Assembly (NCBI GenBank): GCA_024278985.1
Contig: JAJRSC010000021.1
Location: forward strand, 1-43,765
Reading direction: 5' to 3'
From: an archaeon
GTDB taxonomy: Archaea; AGJL01; Methanococci; Methanococcales; Methanocaldococcaceae
Length of the DNA stretch: 43,765 nt
In this document: one piece after another, positions 20,314 through 35,143 of the stretch
How the letters are laid out: each line of letters begins with the position of its first letter
How positions within the stretch are numbered: the stretch's first letter is position 1
Notes under the pieces: generated by a model
What the model was told of the DNA's origin: nothing
What the model saw: the letters and a program-made list of their open reading frames with translations, nothing else
Databases searched by the model: none
Translations under genes and position numbers: made by a program

Positions 20314-22236
20314 CTACCCTCCTTTTATTCCTCCTCTAATCTTAACTGCTAAACCAGAATCAAATTCTAAAAGTTCTCTACTATTTAATATAGATGTTCC
20401 ATAAGCTAATAATTCATCATCCTTATTTACTACTAAAACCTCATCATATGGGTAAATATTAGGATAACAATCAACTACAAACTTAGCAAATACATTTCTA
20501 CCTTTTTTAGCAAATTCTTCAGCCTCTTCACTAATAACAACCCTATATTTTGGAAAATCTAAATAATCCCATAGTAATTTAGCCCCTTCTTTTGTAGGAA
20601 TTAAAAAGTTATCATAACTTCTAACTGAAAATACAAGTTTATCCTCTAAATACACATATCTCAATCTACCTGTGTTTTTACTTCTCTCAACCTTAAATTC
20701 TAAGTCAATATCTACTCCATACTGATATTGTAGCATCTTTCTTATTCTATAACTATCTGAATTAAACTCTTTACTTTTGAAATAGTTAATATAATAGTTG
20801 TATGTAGTTATATCCAATATCTTCTCTTCTCCAATTTTATTTTTAAGCCAGTTTAAAAAATCTTTTTGGAAATCCTTATCATATTCAAATTCATAAAGTT
20901 CTGGATATTCATGTTGAGATAAAGGATAAACAGTATCTATATAGTAAGGAATATAACCAAAAAATGGATGTTTTATAAGAATATCTACATCAGTCTCAAC
21001 AACATTTAAGTTTTCACTGTAAGGTCTTTCAATATTTTTATTGATATCTGTTATATACACTTTATTATATTTTAATCTCTTTAATCTCTTTTTATGTCTA
21101 TACACCTCTGGCCTAAATCTTGATTCATAGCCAGAGTAAAAGAAGGCTGATTTTTTTGTTATAGGGTCAAATTTTTCAATAAATGATATATACTTTCTAA
21201 CTGTTCTATAAGCCTCTAAGAGTTTTGGATGACATCTAACTCTTTCCTCAACTAATTCCCACAATGAGTTTTCTCTTATTGCTTCTTTAATTCTTTTCAT
21301 TTCTTCAAATGTTACATATAAATTATGCTCAGCCAATAAACTTTCTCTATCTTTTTTCTCTAAACTTAACAATTCTTTAGGAGTATATGATGAACAGACA
21401 GGACAAGAACATGGAAATTCTTTAAGTTCCTCTAAGTGTAGAGTTCCAGTTTCTGTTAGGTATCTATCATCCTTAGCATATAAAGCATAGGCAGCAGAAT
21501 CAAATAAATCACAACCCAATAAAACAGCTAATGAAAAAAACATAGGATGCCCACAACCAAATAAATGAACTGGTTTATTAGTTGGTAAATACATTTTAGA
21601 GTTTAATATAATTTCTACAACATCCTTATATCTATACTCTTCCATTAAAGGAACAACTGCACCAATTGGATAGATATCAAAATTTAGACTACTCATCTCT
21701 TTAGCAGATAATTGTCTTAAATCTAAGAATGTAGACCCCTGAATAGTTCCATTTAATAATAAATTTATTTTTTTTTCTTCTCTTAATTTTATTGCCTCTT
21801 TAGCTCTTTTTAATGTCTCTTCTAAATCTTTCTCAGCTTTTTCTCTTTCAACATCTGGAGGAGTAGGAATATCTAAAATAGTCCCAACATCTACCCCTAT
21901 TTTATCCTGAAATAGTAATATCTCATCTGGTTTTACATCAATGTCTCCATATACTCCTAATTGATAGGAACCACTATCAGTAACAATAATCCCATCAAAT
22001 CCTATTAAGTTATGTACTCCTTCTTTTAGAGCTATCTCTCTGAGTTCTTCATTTTTGTAAATTATATAGGAGTTTGTAATAATAATCTTAGTAAATTTTT
22101 TGATTATTTTTATAGGAACTATTTGTTTTTTAGGATTTGGATGAACAACTGGCATTATTGTTGGCATTTCCAATTCTTTATTTTTTATTTTTATAGTTGC
22201 TATTTTTCCTAAACCATCTCTATCTTTTATGTTCAT
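20314..22236 (-). CDS. tgtA: Archaeosine tRNA-guanine(15) transglycosylase
   Basis: TDSGSYQ, HLFGCGHP, DLFDSAAY, CSCPVC..H zinc site, C-terminal PUA. Confidence 0.95.
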   Translation of the reverse strand: MNIKDRDGLGKIATIKIKNKELEMPTIMPVVHPNPKKQIVPIKIIKKFTKIIITNSYIIYKNEELREIALKEGVHNLIGFDGIIVTDSGSYQLGVYGDIDVKPDEILLFQDKIGVDVGTILDIPTPPDVEREKAEKDLEETLKRAKEAIKLREEKKINLLLNGTIQGSTFLDLRQLSAKEMSSLNFDIYPIGAVVPLMEEYRYKDVVEIILNSKMYLPTNKPVHLFGCGHPMFFSLAVLLGCDLFDSAAYALYAKDDRYLTETGTLHLEELKEFPCSCPVCSSYTPKELLSLEKKDRESLLAEHNLYVTFEEMKRIKEAIRENSLWELVEERVRCHPKLLEAYRTVRKYISFIEKFDPITKKSAFFYSGYESRFRPEVYRHKKRLKRLKYNKVYITDINKNIERPYSENLNVVETDVDILIKHPFFGYIPYYIDTVYPLSQHEYPELYEFEYDKDFQKDFLNWLKNKIGEEKILDITTYNYYINYFKSKEFNSDSYRIRKMLQYQYGVDIDLEFKVERSKNTGRLRYVYLEDKLVFSVRSYDNFLIPTKEGAKLLWDYLDFPKYRVVISEEAEEFAKKGRNVFAKFVVDCYPNIYPYDEVLVVNKDDELLAYGTSILNSRELLEFDSGLAVKIRGGIKGG

Positions 22237-22456
22237 TCCCTATCAACCTGTAAAATGTTTTTTACCTAATTATTTAAAGGTTCATTATTAATTAATGTTA
22301 TTTTTATATTAACTAACTTCAATTAAAGAAAATTTTAAATTATTTAAAATCAATTGTAATTATACTATAAAAATGCTAAAGGTATTTATGATATAAATAG
22401 AAAAATTTATTATATAGTAATAACAATTTTCTAAAAGTTATTACTAAGGTGGGACT

Positions 22457-22648
22457 ATGGATGATATAGATAAGAGAGCAATTGAGTTGTTGGTAAATGC
22501 TCCATTGTTAGATGATAAAGAACTAAAAAATGTTATTAGAATATTAAAAAAGTTGGCAAGAGCAAAAAAAAGAAATTCAAATATAAAAAAATCTATTAAT
22601 GATATTCTTGATTACTGGGCAAAAATGGCATATGAAGTTACTATTTAA
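22457..22648 (+). CDS. Small hypothetical protein
   Basis: GGTGGG RBS, upstream TATA-like element, plausible helical protein. Confidence 0.65.
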   Translation: MDDIDKRAIELLVNAPLLDDKELKNVIRILKKLARAKKRNSNIKKSINDILDYWAKMAYEVTI

Positions 22649-22662
22649 TATTATGTTATTAT

Positions 22663-24012
22663 TTAATCTTTAATTTTCTCCTTTATTGTTTTAATTGTAT
22701 TTTCAACAATTTGAGGAGCTAAACCAATATATGTATTGTAATCCATTAGTTTATTTATTTCCTTCTCACTTAAGTATTTTCTAATTTCTTCATTTTCTAA
22801 TAATACCTCTTTTAAGTGTTTATTTTCATTATATGCTTTCATTGCACAATCTCTAACTAATTTATATGCTGTCTGTCTGCCAATTTTTTTGGCAAGTTCT
22901 ATCATAACTCTCTCAGCCATTATTAAACCTTTTGTAAGTTCAAGGTTTCTTTTACATGCTTCTTTATTTACTTTAAGTTTTTTTATTCCTTTTATAGATA
23001 AATTTAAAATATGGTCTGTTAAAACACATACCTCTGCAAATATACACCTTTCTGATGATGAATTTGTTAAATCTCTCTCTTCCCATAGTGGAATATTATC
23101 AAGCTCAGCAATAACTAAAGATTTTATAACTCTTGACAAACCACATATTTGTTCAAAAGTTATAGGATTTCTCTTATGGGGCATTGTTGAAGAACCAACT
23201 TGTTTTTTATAATCAAACTCTTCCTCTAATTCTGCTATCTCTGTTCTTTGTAAGTTCCTAACTGTTACACCTATTTTATTTAAAGTTTGGGCAATTAATG
23301 CCATAAAATTAATAAATTCTGCATGTCTATCTCTTTGAATAACTTGATTAGTTATTAAATCAGGTTCTAAACCAAGAATTTCAGCAACCTTTTTATGAAC
23401 TTCTAAACCTTTCTCACCCATAGCAGCACATGTTCCAACAGCACCAGTCATTTTAGAAACAAGAACTCTTTTTTTTAGTTCTTCCAATCTTTCAAGATGT
23501 CTATATATTTCAGATGCCCAAAGGGCAAATCTCATTCCATATGTTGTGGGAATTGCATGCTGTCCATGAGTTCTTCCTACACAAACAGTATATTTATGTT
23601 CCTCAGCTTTCTCTAATAAGATTTTTAAAAGTTCCTTTAATCTCTTCTCAATTAACTCCAAAGTTTCTTTAATTAGTAGAGAGTTGGATGTATCAACAAT
23701 ATCGTTTGAAGTAGCCCCAAAATGAACATACTCCCTAGCATCTCCACACACTTCTGCTAAAGCTCTAACTAATGCCATAACATCATGTTTTATTTCTTTT
23801 TCAATTTCTTTTATTCTCTCTACAGAAACATATTTAATTGATGCCTTCTTATATATAATTTCAGATGCTTCTTTTGGAATTATTCCAAGTTCTCCCTGTG
23901 CCTTTGCCAATGCACCCTCAACCTTTAGCATCTTATCTATCTTATTTTTTTCATCCCAGATTTTTTTCATTTCTTCAGTTCCATATCTATAATCTATTGG
24001 ATGTACTATCAA
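22663..24012 (-). CDS. purB: Adenylosuccinate lyase
   Basis: HPIDYRY, HFGATSNDI, GRTHGQHA, GSSTMPHKRNP; TTG start after GGTGA. Confidence 0.96.
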   Translation of the reverse strand: MIVHPIDYRYGTEEMKKIWDEKNKIDKMLKVEGALAKAQGELGIIPKEASEIIYKKASIKYVSVERIKEIEKEIKHDVMALVRALAEVCGDAREYVHFGATSNDIVDTSNSLLIKETLELIEKRLKELLKILLEKAEEHKYTVCVGRTHGQHAIPTTYGMRFALWASEIYRHLERLEELKKRVLVSKMTGAVGTCAAMGEKGLEVHKKVAEILGLEPDLITNQVIQRDRHAEFINFMALIAQTLNKIGVTVRNLQRTEIAELEEEFDYKKQVGSSTMPHKRNPITFEQICGLSRVIKSLVIAELDNIPLWEERDLTNSSSERCIFAEVCVLTDHILNLSIKGIKKLKVNKEACKRNLELTKGLIMAERVMIELAKKIGRQTAYKLVRDCAMKAYNENKHLKEVLLENEEIRKYLSEKEINKLMDYNTYIGLAPQIVENTIKTIKEKIKD

Positions 24013-24023
24013 AGTTTCACCTT

Positions 24024-24791
24024 TTAAATTAGTTCTAAAAATATATCCTCAAGGGAATATTTAACTTCATATTTAACTACTTTTTCAGGCATCTCTCTTA
24101 AAATATTTATAGCTTCATTTTTATTAACTTCCTTTTTTAAGATTTTTCCATTATCAAGAATCTCAATATATACCTTTTCTCTGAATTTTAATTTTCCATA
24201 ATAAACAATATTCCCCTCTTTTAATATAGCCACTCTATCACATACCTTTTCTACATGCTCTAATCTATGAGATGAGATAATAATAGATTTATCTTTTTTA
24301 AGTTCATTAATTATATCAAGTAGAACTCTAACATTAACTACATCTAACCCAGAAAAAGGTTCATCTAATATAACTATATCAGGATTCTTAATTAATGAAA
24401 TGATAATTTGAACTTTCTGTTGGTTACCCTTAGAAAGTTCTTTTATCTTATAATCTAAATATTTATTTAGGTTTAATCTATCAATCCAATGTAATATTTC
24501 ATCAAAAGATACCTCAGCAAGCTCACAAAAAAATTTTAATATTGATTTAACAGTTTCCTCTTTATATAAACCCCTCTCTTCAGGAAGATATCCGACAGTT
24601 CCATAAATATTAACAATTCCATCATAATCTTTTATAATTCCTGCCAAAATTCTTAAAGTTGTTGTTTTACCTGCTCCATTATGTCCTAAAAAAGCAAAGA
24701 CTTCACCTTTATAAACTTCAAAAGATATATTATTTAGAACCTTTTTATTCCCAAAATATTTAGTTAAATTTTTTACTTCAACCATTAACAT
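24024..24791 (-). CDS. ABC transporter ATP-binding protein (exporter/NatA-like)
   Basis: GHNGAGKTT, LSKGNQQK, ILDEPFSGLD, SSH; start 24791 follows GGTGA RBS. Confidence 0.88.
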   Translation of the reverse strand: MLMVEVKNLTKYFGNKKVLNNISFEVYKGEVFAFLGHNGAGKTTTLRILAGIIKDYDGIVNIYGTVGYLPEERGLYKEETVKSILKFFCELAEVSFDEILHWIDRLNLNKYLDYKIKELSKGNQQKVQIIISLIKNPDIVILDEPFSGLDVVNVRVLLDIINELKKDKSIIISSHRLEHVEKVCDRVAILKEGNIVYYGKLKFREKVYIEILDNGKILKKEVNKNEAINILREMPEKVVKYEVKYSLEDIFLELI

Positions 24792-25020
24792 TATTTCACC
24801 AAATCTAAAACTAAAAAAGCCCATAAATTTTTTGTAAAAATTTGTAAAATCTGATAATTTCTTATTTTTATTTGAAATACTATAAAATATTTGTTATTTT
24901 TACTACCTAATATTTTAAATATGAGTATTTTATAGTTATGATAAAAATCTTATGAGTTATTTATATATTAATAGTTAATTTTTGATAATATAATAATAAT
25001 CTGGAAAATCTGGAGGAGAA

Positions 25021-25527
25021 ATGATGAATGGGCTGAATTTTATGGAAAAATTGCCAAACACAGTTTCTTTAACAGCAGGTAGTGGAGAAGGAGAAACAGA
25101 GTTAAATGCCTTTGATAGAGCTTTATTAAATGCAGGAGTTGGAAATATCAACCTTATTAAAATTAGTAGTATTATGCCTCCAAGAGCTGAAATAACACCT
25201 CTCCCAAAAATTCCCATGGGTTCATTAGTTCCTGTTGCATATGGAGCAATAATTAGCGAAGAACCTGGAGAGTTAATATCTGCAGCAGTTTCTGTTGCTG
25301 TTCCTAAGGATGAAAATTTATGTGGATTAATAATGGAATTTAGTGGAAAATGTTCCAAAAAAGAAGCTGAAAAGAAAGTTAGAGATATGGCTAAATATGG
25401 ATTTGAAATGAGAGGTTGGGAAATTAAAAAAATTGAAAGTATTGCAGTTGAGCATATAGTTGAAAAAATTGGTTGTGCCTTTGCAGGAGTAGTTTTATGG
25501 TATAAAAATAAAGAGGTGATAAGATGA
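25021..25527 (+). CDS. pdaD: Pyruvoyl-dependent arginine decarboxylase
   Basis: [18 protein letters not shown]|SIMPP self-cleavage site. Confidence 0.93.
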   Translation: MMNGLNFMEKLPNTVSLTAGSGEGETELNAFDRALLNAGVGNINLIKISSIMPPRAEITPLPKIPMGSLVPVAYGAIISEEPGELISAAVSVAVPKDENLCGLIMEFSGKCSKKEAEKKVRDMAKYGFEMRGWEIKKIESIAVEHIVEKIGCAFAGVVLWYKNKEVIR

Positions 25528-25895
25528 TAAGATATTTAGGAAAACACATTATCTTAGAATTATGGGGATGTGATAACAAAGCATTAGATGATGAAGAAGG
25601 AATTGGAAAAATGTTAAATGACTGTGTTAACGCATGTGGTGCAACATTAATTTGTACAAAAACACATAAATTTTCACCACAAGGAGTTACAGGTGTTGCA
25701 GTTTTAGCAGAGAGCCATATATCAATCCACACCTGGCCAGAGTTAGGTTATGCGGCTATGGATATCTTTACCTGTGGAGAACATGTTGAACCAATAAAAG
25801 CAGTACCAATAATAAAAGAGTTCTTAAAGCCAAAACATATTGAAATATTAGATTTAAAAAGAGGTATAAGAATAGAGGAGGGGGATAAAATTTGA
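25524..25895 (+). CDS. speH: S-adenosylmethionine decarboxylase proenzyme
   Basis: FSPQGVT, LAE|[16 protein letters not shown]. Confidence 0.94.
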   Translation: MIRYLGKHIILELWGCDNKALDDEEGIGKMLNDCVNACGATLICTKTHKFSPQGVTGVAVLAESHISIHTWPELGYAAMDIFTCGEHVEPIKAVPIIKEFLKPKHIEILDLKRGIRIEEGDKI

Positions 25896-26743
25896 AATTA
25901 GATTTATGGTTTTCTGAAGTTCATAATGATAATATTGCTTTTTCTGTAAGGGTTAAAGATATTTTATTTAAAGGAAAATCTAAATATCAAGAGATTGCCA
26001 TATTAGATACTTATGATTTTGGTAGGGTCTTAATCTTAGATAATACTTTCCAAACAACTGAAAGAGATGAGTTTATCTATCATGAGTTAATTTCCCATAT
26101 TCCCCTCTTTACTCATCCAAATCCTAAGGATGTTTTAGTTATTGGAGGAGGAGATGGAGGAACTGTAAGAGAAGTATTAAAACATGAAAGTGTTGAAAAT
26201 GTTGATTTTGTAGAGTTGGATGAAATGGTTATTGAGGCATGTAAAAAATATCTTCCTAAATTAAGTTGTAAAATTGATGATGAAAAAGTAAATCTTATTA
26301 TAACTGATGGTATTAAGTATGTTGCTGAGACAGATAAAAAATATGATGTTATTATAGTTGATTGTCCTGACCCTGTTGGGCCAGCTAAGGGATTATTTGA
26401 GAAAGAATTTTATAAAAATATATTTAAATGTTTAAAGGAAGATGGTTTAATGGTTCAGCAAACTGAAAGTCCATTATATGATTTAGAATTAATTAAAAAT
26501 ATTGTTAATTATCTAAAAGAGGCAGGATTTAAAATAATTATGCCATATCTTTACCCAATGCCAACATATCCAAGTGGTATGTGGAGCTTTACATTGGCAT
26601 CTAAAAAATATAATCCTTTGGAGGTAGATGAAGAACATATAAAAAATAAAATTAAAAATATGGATACAAAATATTATGATGAAAAAGTTCATAAAGGAAT
26701 ATTTTTAGCAACACCTAAGTTTTTAAAGGAGGTAGTAGAATAA
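25892..26743 (+). CDS. speE: Polyamine aminopropyltransferase
   Basis: [33 protein letters not shown]. Confidence 0.95.
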   Translation: MKLDLWFSEVHNDNIAFSVRVKDILFKGKSKYQEIAILDTYDFGRVLILDNTFQTTERDEFIYHELISHIPLFTHPNPKDVLVIGGGDGGTVREVLKHESVENVDFVELDEMVIEACKKYLPKLSCKIDDEKVNLIITDGIKYVAETDKKYDVIIVDCPDPVGPAKGLFEKEFYKNIFKCLKEDGLMVQQTESPLYDLELIKNIVNYLKEAGFKIIMPYLYPMPTYPSGMWSFTLASKKYNPLEVDEEHIKNKIKNMDTKYYDEKVHKGIFLATPKFLKEVVE

Positions 26744-27575
26744 TGTTCATAGATTTAAGCACGTATATGCTTGCTGACTCAACCTACTCAAATGCTGATA
26801 TTGTTATTTTTTCTATACCCTATGATGGAACTACATCCTTTAAACCTGGAGCAAGAGATGGAGGTAAATCTATAAGAGAAGCATCATGGGGATTGGAGAG
26901 TTATAGCCCTATTTTAGATAAGGACTTAACAGAAATAAATTTTTGTGATTTAAAGGATTTAGATATATATGGTTCTCAAAAAGATATTTTTAATATGATT
27001 GAGAATGAAGTTAAAAGAATCTTAAAAGACAATAAAAAAATATGTATATTTGGGGGAGAACATTCTATAACTTATCCTATAGTTAAAGGAATAAAAGAAG
27101 AATATGATGATTTTGTTGTTGTTCAATTTGATGCTCATGCAGATTTAAGAGATGAATATTTAGGAAATAAATTTTCTCATGCCTGTGTAATGAGAAGAGT
27201 CAGAGAAATAAATAATAAAGTATTTCAGTTTGGTATAAGGAGTGGAGATAAAGAGGAGTGGGAATTTATAAAAAAGAATAACATATATTTAAAATCTACA
27301 TTACCATCTAAGGAAGATATAGAATATATAAAAGAGCTAAATTTACCTGTTTATTTAACTGTTGATATTGATGTATTAGACCCTGCCTATGCCCCAGGAA
27401 CAGGAACTCCTGAACCTGGAGGATATTCAAGTAGAGAGTTATTTAATTCTTTATATCTCTTTAAAGATTTGGATATTATAGGTTTTGATATTGTTGAGGT
27501 TGCCCCTATTTATGATATTGCCAATATAACTGCAATTACTGCTGCAAAAATAGCAAGGGAATTATTGCTGATATT

Positions 27576-27579
<4 letters not shown>
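26743..27579 (+). CDS. speB: Agmatinase
   Basis: [31 protein letters not shown]. Confidence 0.95.
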
Positions 27580-30510
<2,931 letters not shown>

Positions 30511-30571
30511 AATAGTTCATTTTTATTAACTGACAAAATTATCTCTTAGCTTTAATAAACTATAAATTATA

Positions 30572-31573
30572 TCATTCCAATGTATAAATAATCCAACCTT
30601 TTCCATATTTTTCAGATTTAAATTTAACATCTAAGAATTTCTCAACAACCCATATATTTGTTTTTGTATGGTTAGTTATTTCTGAAACTCCAACTTTTCC
30701 TCTTCCAAAACCTAAAAAAGGAATTATTTGGTCACCCATATATTTATCTAAAGCCATCTCTGTCTGTCTTTCTTTTATAATGTTATTAACAGCTCTTTCA
30801 GCAACAATTTCAGCCCTTAAACCTTTTTCTCCTAAATAACTACTTCCAATAGTATCATTCCATAAAACTATTCCTGCCCCAGTTGAGATACCTTTAGATT
30901 CTTCAATTTTTATATTTGGTATTAGAGAATTTTTATTTAATATATCAACTGCTCTTTTTCTCATTCTTTTAGCAATTTCAATAGGTAAATTTTGTATATA
31001 GCTAATACCTTCAACAATATTAACTTTTGAATGTTCAACCAAATTTATACGTTTTATTGTTGATGGATACATTTTAAAAATAACTTCTCCTCCACCTTCT
31101 GGATAAAATCCTCTTCTTCTTATAGTTATTTCTGTTTTAATTCCAAAATTTTTAAGAATTTTTAAGGTAATATTTTTTGTATAGTCAATAGGAGGTGCAT
31201 ATTTAACATCAGTTCCTCCAATAATTTTAAATTCACATATCTTATTTATTCCTAAAGATAAAGGTAAAAGTGATTGTATTACCAATGATATTGCTCCAGC
31301 TGAACCAATGTCTATTTTAAAACTTTTTGAAGATAACTTTTTAGGAATAAATACTACCTCATCAGAACCTTCATATAATCCCTCTACGTCTGCATTACAC
31401 AATTTTTTAACTGCTTTAATACAGGCAATATGCTGTTTCTTTAATCCTGGTTTTTTTCTTTTTTTTCTAATATTGTAAATTTTAACAGGCCTATTTAATA
31501 GTGCAGATAATGCTATTGCTGTCCTTAATATTTGCCCTCCTCCTTCTAAATAACTTCCATCTATTTCTATCAT
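30572..31573 (-). CDS. rtcA: RNA 3'-terminal phosphate cyclase
   Basis: [33 protein letters not shown]. Confidence 0.94.
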   Translation of the reverse strand: MIEIDGSYLEGGGQILRTAIALSALLNRPVKIYNIRKKRKKPGLKKQHIACIKAVKKLCNADVEGLYEGSDEVVFIPKKLSSKSFKIDIGSAGAISLVIQSLLPLSLGINKICEFKIIGGTDVKYAPPIDYTKNITLKILKNFGIKTEITIRRRGFYPEGGGEVIFKMYPSTIKRINLVEHSKVNIVEGISYIQNLPIEIAKRMRKRAVDILNKNSLIPNIKIEESKGISTGAGIVLWNDTIGSSYLGEKGLRAEIVAERAVNNIIKERQTEMALDKYMGDQIIPFLGFGRGKVGVSEITNHTKTNIWVVEKFLDVKFKSEKYGKGWIIYTLE

Positions 31574-31602
31574 ATTTTCCCTCCTTGCTCGATATAATTA
31601 TT

Positions 31603-31640
31603 TTCGTTAAATGACGAATATTAAAAAAGTTTTTATATAA
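31603..31640 (+). promoter_or_regulatory. por operon promoter with upstream inverted repeat
   Basis: TTCGT-N6-ACGAA 31603-31618, then A-rich BRE and TTTATATAA ending 31640. Confidence 0.5.
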
Positions 31641-31687
31641 TTTATAATGATTAATAATGATAAATTAAATTATATAAGAGGGATTAC

Positions 31688-32230
31688 ATGATTGAAATTA
31701 GATTTCATGGTAGAGGAGGGCAGGGTGTTGTTACTGCTGCTCAATTATTAGCAGAAGCTGCTTTTTTTGATGGATATTATTGTCAGGCATTTCCATTTTT
31801 TGGTGTTGAAAGAAGAGGAGCTCCTGTTATGGCATTTACAAGATTAGATAAAGAAAAAATTTTATTAAGAAGTCAAATTTATGAACCTGATTATGTTGTT
31901 ATTATTGATGCTTCTCTTTTAAATACTGTCAATGTTTTAGAGGGATTAAAAGAGGATGGTGCAGTTATTATAAATACTGTTAAAAGTAAGGAGGAACTTA
32001 ATTTAGATTGTAAAAATATTTACTGTATAGATGCCACAGATATTGCTCTTAAAACTCTTGGAGTTCCTATAGAAAATACTGCTATGGTTGGAGCTTTTGC
32101 TGGAGCTACTAAATTAGTTAGCTTAGAATCAGTTAAAAAAGCTATTTTACATAGATTTCCAGGAAAATTAGGAGAAAAAAATGTTAAAGCAGCTGAATTA
32201 GCTTATAAAACTATATCTGGTGAAGAATAA
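31688..32230 (+). CDS. porC: Pyruvate:ferredoxin oxidoreductase gamma subunit
   Basis: [20 protein letters not shown]. Confidence 0.95.
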   Translation: MIEIRFHGRGGQGVVTAAQLLAEAAFFDGYYCQAFPFFGVERRGAPVMAFTRLDKEKILLRSQIYEPDYVVIIDASLLNTVNVLEGLKEDGAVIINTVKSKEELNLDCKNIYCIDATDIALKTLGVPIENTAMVGAFAGATKLVSLESVKKAILHRFPGKLGEKNVKAAELAYKTISGEE

Positions 32231-32490
32231 TGGTAACTATTGGAGCGGTTATATTTGAACCAGGAAATGCTGTTAAAAACAAAACTGGAGGATGGAGAAC
32301 TTTTAGACCTATATTAGATATTGAAAAGTGTATTAAATGTGAAATTTGTTATATATTTTGCCCTGAACCTGCTATTTATGAAGATTAAAATGGAAACTTT
32401 AGAATTAATTATGATTATTGTAGAGGATGCTTAATTTGTAAAACAGAGTGTCCTGTTGGAGCAATAACTTCAAAAAGAGAAGAAAAATAA
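32230..32490 (+). pseudogene. porD: Pyruvate:ferredoxin oxidoreductase delta subunit with in-frame TAA at 32386-32388 (missing from ORF track)
   Basis: [67 protein letters not shown]. Confidence 0.92.
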
Positions 32491-32499
32491 GGTGAAATT

Positions 32500-33660
32500 T
32501 TGAAAACTATCATAACAAGAGGAACCTATGCAGCTGCTGAAGCTGTAAGGTTGGCTGATGTTGATGTTGTTGCTGCTTATCCAATTACTCCACAAACTGA
32601 ATGTGTTGAAAAAATTGCTGAATTTATTGCCAATGGAGAACTTAATGCTGAATATATTAAAGCTGAAAGTGAACATTCAGCAATTTCTGCAATAATTGGT
32701 TCTTCAGCTACAGGAGCAAGAAGTTTTACAGCAACATCTTCACAAGGTTTAGCATTAATGCATGAAATCCTATACATTGCAAGTGGTTTAAGATTACCAA
32801 TAGTTTTAGTAAATGTTAATAGAGCATTATCAGCTCCAATAAATATATGGTGTGACCATCAGGATTCTATATCAGAAAGAGATACTGGATTTATTCAGTT
32901 ATATGTTGAAGATAATCAGGAAATATTAGACACTATTATTCAAGCATTTAAAATAGCTGAAGATAAAGATGTCCTTTTGCCTGTTATGGTTAATTTAGAT
33001 GGTTTTATATTGTCACATACATATGAACCTGTTGTTCTACCTGATGAAGAAGATGTTAAAGAATATTTGGGTGTTTATGAACCTCCTCACTATTCATTAA
33101 ATCCTGACAAACCTGTAACTGTTGGACCTGTTGGGGTACCTAAATACTATATGGAAATAAGAAAACAATTAAATGATGCTATAAATAACTCAGTTAAGAT
33201 TATTAAGAAAGTTAATAAAGAGTATAAAAAATTGTTTGGAAGAGAATATGGAGATGGATTAATAGAATGTTATAATTTAGATAATGCTGATACTGTTTTA
33301 GTGGCTATGGGTTCTGTTTGTGGAACTGTTAAGCATGTTATTAATAACCTAAAAAAAGAAGGTAAAGATGTAGGATTGGTTAAAGTTAGATGTTACAGAC
33401 CATTCCCAAAAAAGGAAATAAAAAAAGCCTTAAAAGATGCTGAAAATATTGCAGTTCTTGATAAAAATGTTTGTTTTGGTTTTGATATGGGAAGTTTAGG
33501 GTTGGATATTAATGCAACAATTAAAGATAAAAAAATCTGTAATTATATTGTTGGATTAGGTGGAAGAGATATCAAGATAGAGCATATAAAAGAAATTATA
33601 AACCATGTAGAAAAATCTAAAGAAAATACAACTAAATGGATAGGATTAAATAAATACTAA
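32500..33660 (+). CDS. porA: Pyruvate:ferredoxin oxidoreductase alpha subunit
   Basis: YPITPQT, ESEHSA, ATSSQGL, NRAL. Confidence 0.95.
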   Translation: MKTIITRGTYAAAEAVRLADVDVVAAYPITPQTECVEKIAEFIANGELNAEYIKAESEHSAISAIIGSSATGARSFTATSSQGLALMHEILYIASGLRLPIVLVNVNRALSAPINIWCDHQDSISERDTGFIQLYVEDNQEILDTIIQAFKIAEDKDVLLPVMVNLDGFILSHTYEPVVLPDEEDVKEYLGVYEPPHYSLNPDKPVTVGPVGVPKYYMEIRKQLNDAINNSVKIIKKVNKEYKKLFGREYGDGLIECYNLDNADTVLVAMGSVCGTVKHVINNLKKEGKDVGLVKVRCYRPFPKKEIKKALKDAENIAVLDKNVCFGFDMGSLGLDINATIKDKKICNYIVGLGGRDIKIEHIKEIINHVEKSKENTTKWIGLNKY

Positions 33661-33672
33661 TTGGGGTTAATT

Positions 33673-34572
33673 ATGAAACAGCCAAAATATCCAAGAGAAG
33701 AATATTTCGGTCCAGGACATAGAGGATGCTCTGGTTGTGGCGCAGCAATGGTTGCAAGAATGGTTTTAAAGGTTGCTGGAAAAGATAGTATTGTAGTTAC
33801 TCCTACAGGATGTTTAGAAGTTTTTTCTACACCTTATCCAGAAACTGCTTGGAGAGTACCTTGGATACATGTAGCATTTGAGAATGCTGGAGCAGTTGCA
33901 AGTGGGATAGAAGCTGCAATAAAAGCTTTAAGAAGAAAAAGAGGTATGTATAAGGATAGAAAAATTAATGTTATTGTTATAGCAGGTGATGGAGGAACTG
34001 CTGATATTGGATTTCAATCATTAAGTGGAGCAATGGAAAGAGGACATAATATTCTTTATATTATGTATGATAATGAGGCGTATATGAATACTGGAGTTCA
34101 AAGAAGTTCATCAACACCATTATTTGCATCTGCAACAACCTCACCACCAGGGAAATATAGTAAAGGAGAAGATAGACCTAAAAAAGATATGCCATTTATT
34201 ATGGCTGCCCATGGAATTCCTTATGTTGCAACAGCCTGTATTTCCTACCCAACTGATTTTATGAAGAAGGTTAAAAAGGCATTGTCTATTGAAGGACCTA
34301 AATTTATCCATGTTCTACAGCCATGTACTGTTGGGTGGGGTTTTCCTGCCAATGAAACCATTGAGATTGGTAGGTTAGCAGTAGAGACAGGTGTTTTTCC
34401 ACTGTTTGAAATAGAAAATGGTAAATTAAAAATAACCTATAAACCTCCAAAAAGAAAACCATTAAAAGAATATATCAAAAGACAGAAAAGATTTAGACAC
34501 TTGACTGATGAAGATATTGAGATTTTACAAAAATATGTTGATGAAAGATGTAAAATGTTAGGGTTAGATTAA
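33673..34572 (+). CDS. porB: Pyruvate:ferredoxin oxidoreductase beta subunit
   Basis: [27 protein letters not shown] motif; ATG 33673 preferred. Confidence 0.95.
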   Translation: MKQPKYPREEYFGPGHRGCSGCGAAMVARMVLKVAGKDSIVVTPTGCLEVFSTPYPETAWRVPWIHVAFENAGAVASGIEAAIKALRRKRGMYKDRKINVIVIAGDGGTADIGFQSLSGAMERGHNILYIMYDNEAYMNTGVQRSSSTPLFASATTSPPGKYSKGEDRPKKDMPFIMAAHGIPYVATACISYPTDFMKKVKKALSIEGPKFIHVLQPCTVGWGFPANETIEIGRLAVETGVFPLFEIENGKLKITYKPPKRKPLKEYIKRQKRFRHLTDEDIEILQKYVDERCKMLGLD

Positions 34573-34587
34573 AGGAGGTGTATATTT

Positions 34588-35085
34588 ATGAAAAAAATCA
34601 TGATGATTAATGATTTTTGTAATAATTGTGGTGACTGTGTAAGAGCATGTCAAGAAAAAAACAAAGTTGCAAGAATAATGATATATGAGAAAGATAAAAA
34701 ATATTTACCTATAGTTTGCCAACATTGTGCTGCTGCTCCATGCAAAGAGGTTTGCCCAGTTGAAGCAATATACTTTAAAGATGGATATGTGTATTTAGAT
34801 GAAGAAACTTGTATTGGTTGTGGTCTTTGTGCTATTGCATGTCCATTTGGAGCTATAACAATGGATGATAAAGCTTATAAATGTATATTATGTAATGGAG
34901 AAGAACCTGTATGTGTAAAGGCATGCTCTAAAAATTCATTGGCTTTAGTTGATTTAACAGATATAGTCATGAAAAGAAGAGAGGATATTTTAGATATATT
35001 TAAAAAATTAAAAGTAGATTATAAGCATAGAGAAAAAAATGTTATAAATGCAGTAACTATTCCTGCTAAGATAGATATAGAATAA
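34588..35085 (+). CDS. porE: POR-associated iron-sulfur protein PorE
   Basis: Four Cys clusters (HycB/CooF-like); position after porB. Confidence 0.8.
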   Translation: MKKIMMINDFCNNCGDCVRACQEKNKVARIMIYEKDKKYLPIVCQHCAAAPCKEVCPVEAIYFKDGYVYLDEETCIGCGLCAIACPFGAITMDDKAYKCILCNGEEPVCVKACSKNSLALVDLTDIVMKRREDILDIFKKLKVDYKHREKNVINAVTIPAKIDIE

Positions 35086-35099
35086 TCTTTTTATATCTC

Positions 35100-35108
35100 T
35101 TTTTTTTT
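35100..35108 (+). terminator. Oligo-T terminator candidate between porE and porF
   Basis: T9 run in pyrimidine tract after the porE stop. Confidence 0.35.
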
Positions 35109-35143
35109 ATTATGTAGTATTATAAATTACTCCAGGTTGTTTT

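Noticed and set aside
24829-24960. Short direct repeats (TTTGTAAAA x2, TATGAGT x2) in the ABC/pdaD intergenic region
   Set aside because: Low complexity; not distinguishable from background
25021-25036. ATGATGA...CTGA at the pdaD start resembling C and D boxes
   Set aside because: Only 5 nt between the boxes, no second box pair or terminal stem; explained by Met-Met-Asn-Gly-Leu codons. A k-loop cannot be excluded but is unsupported.
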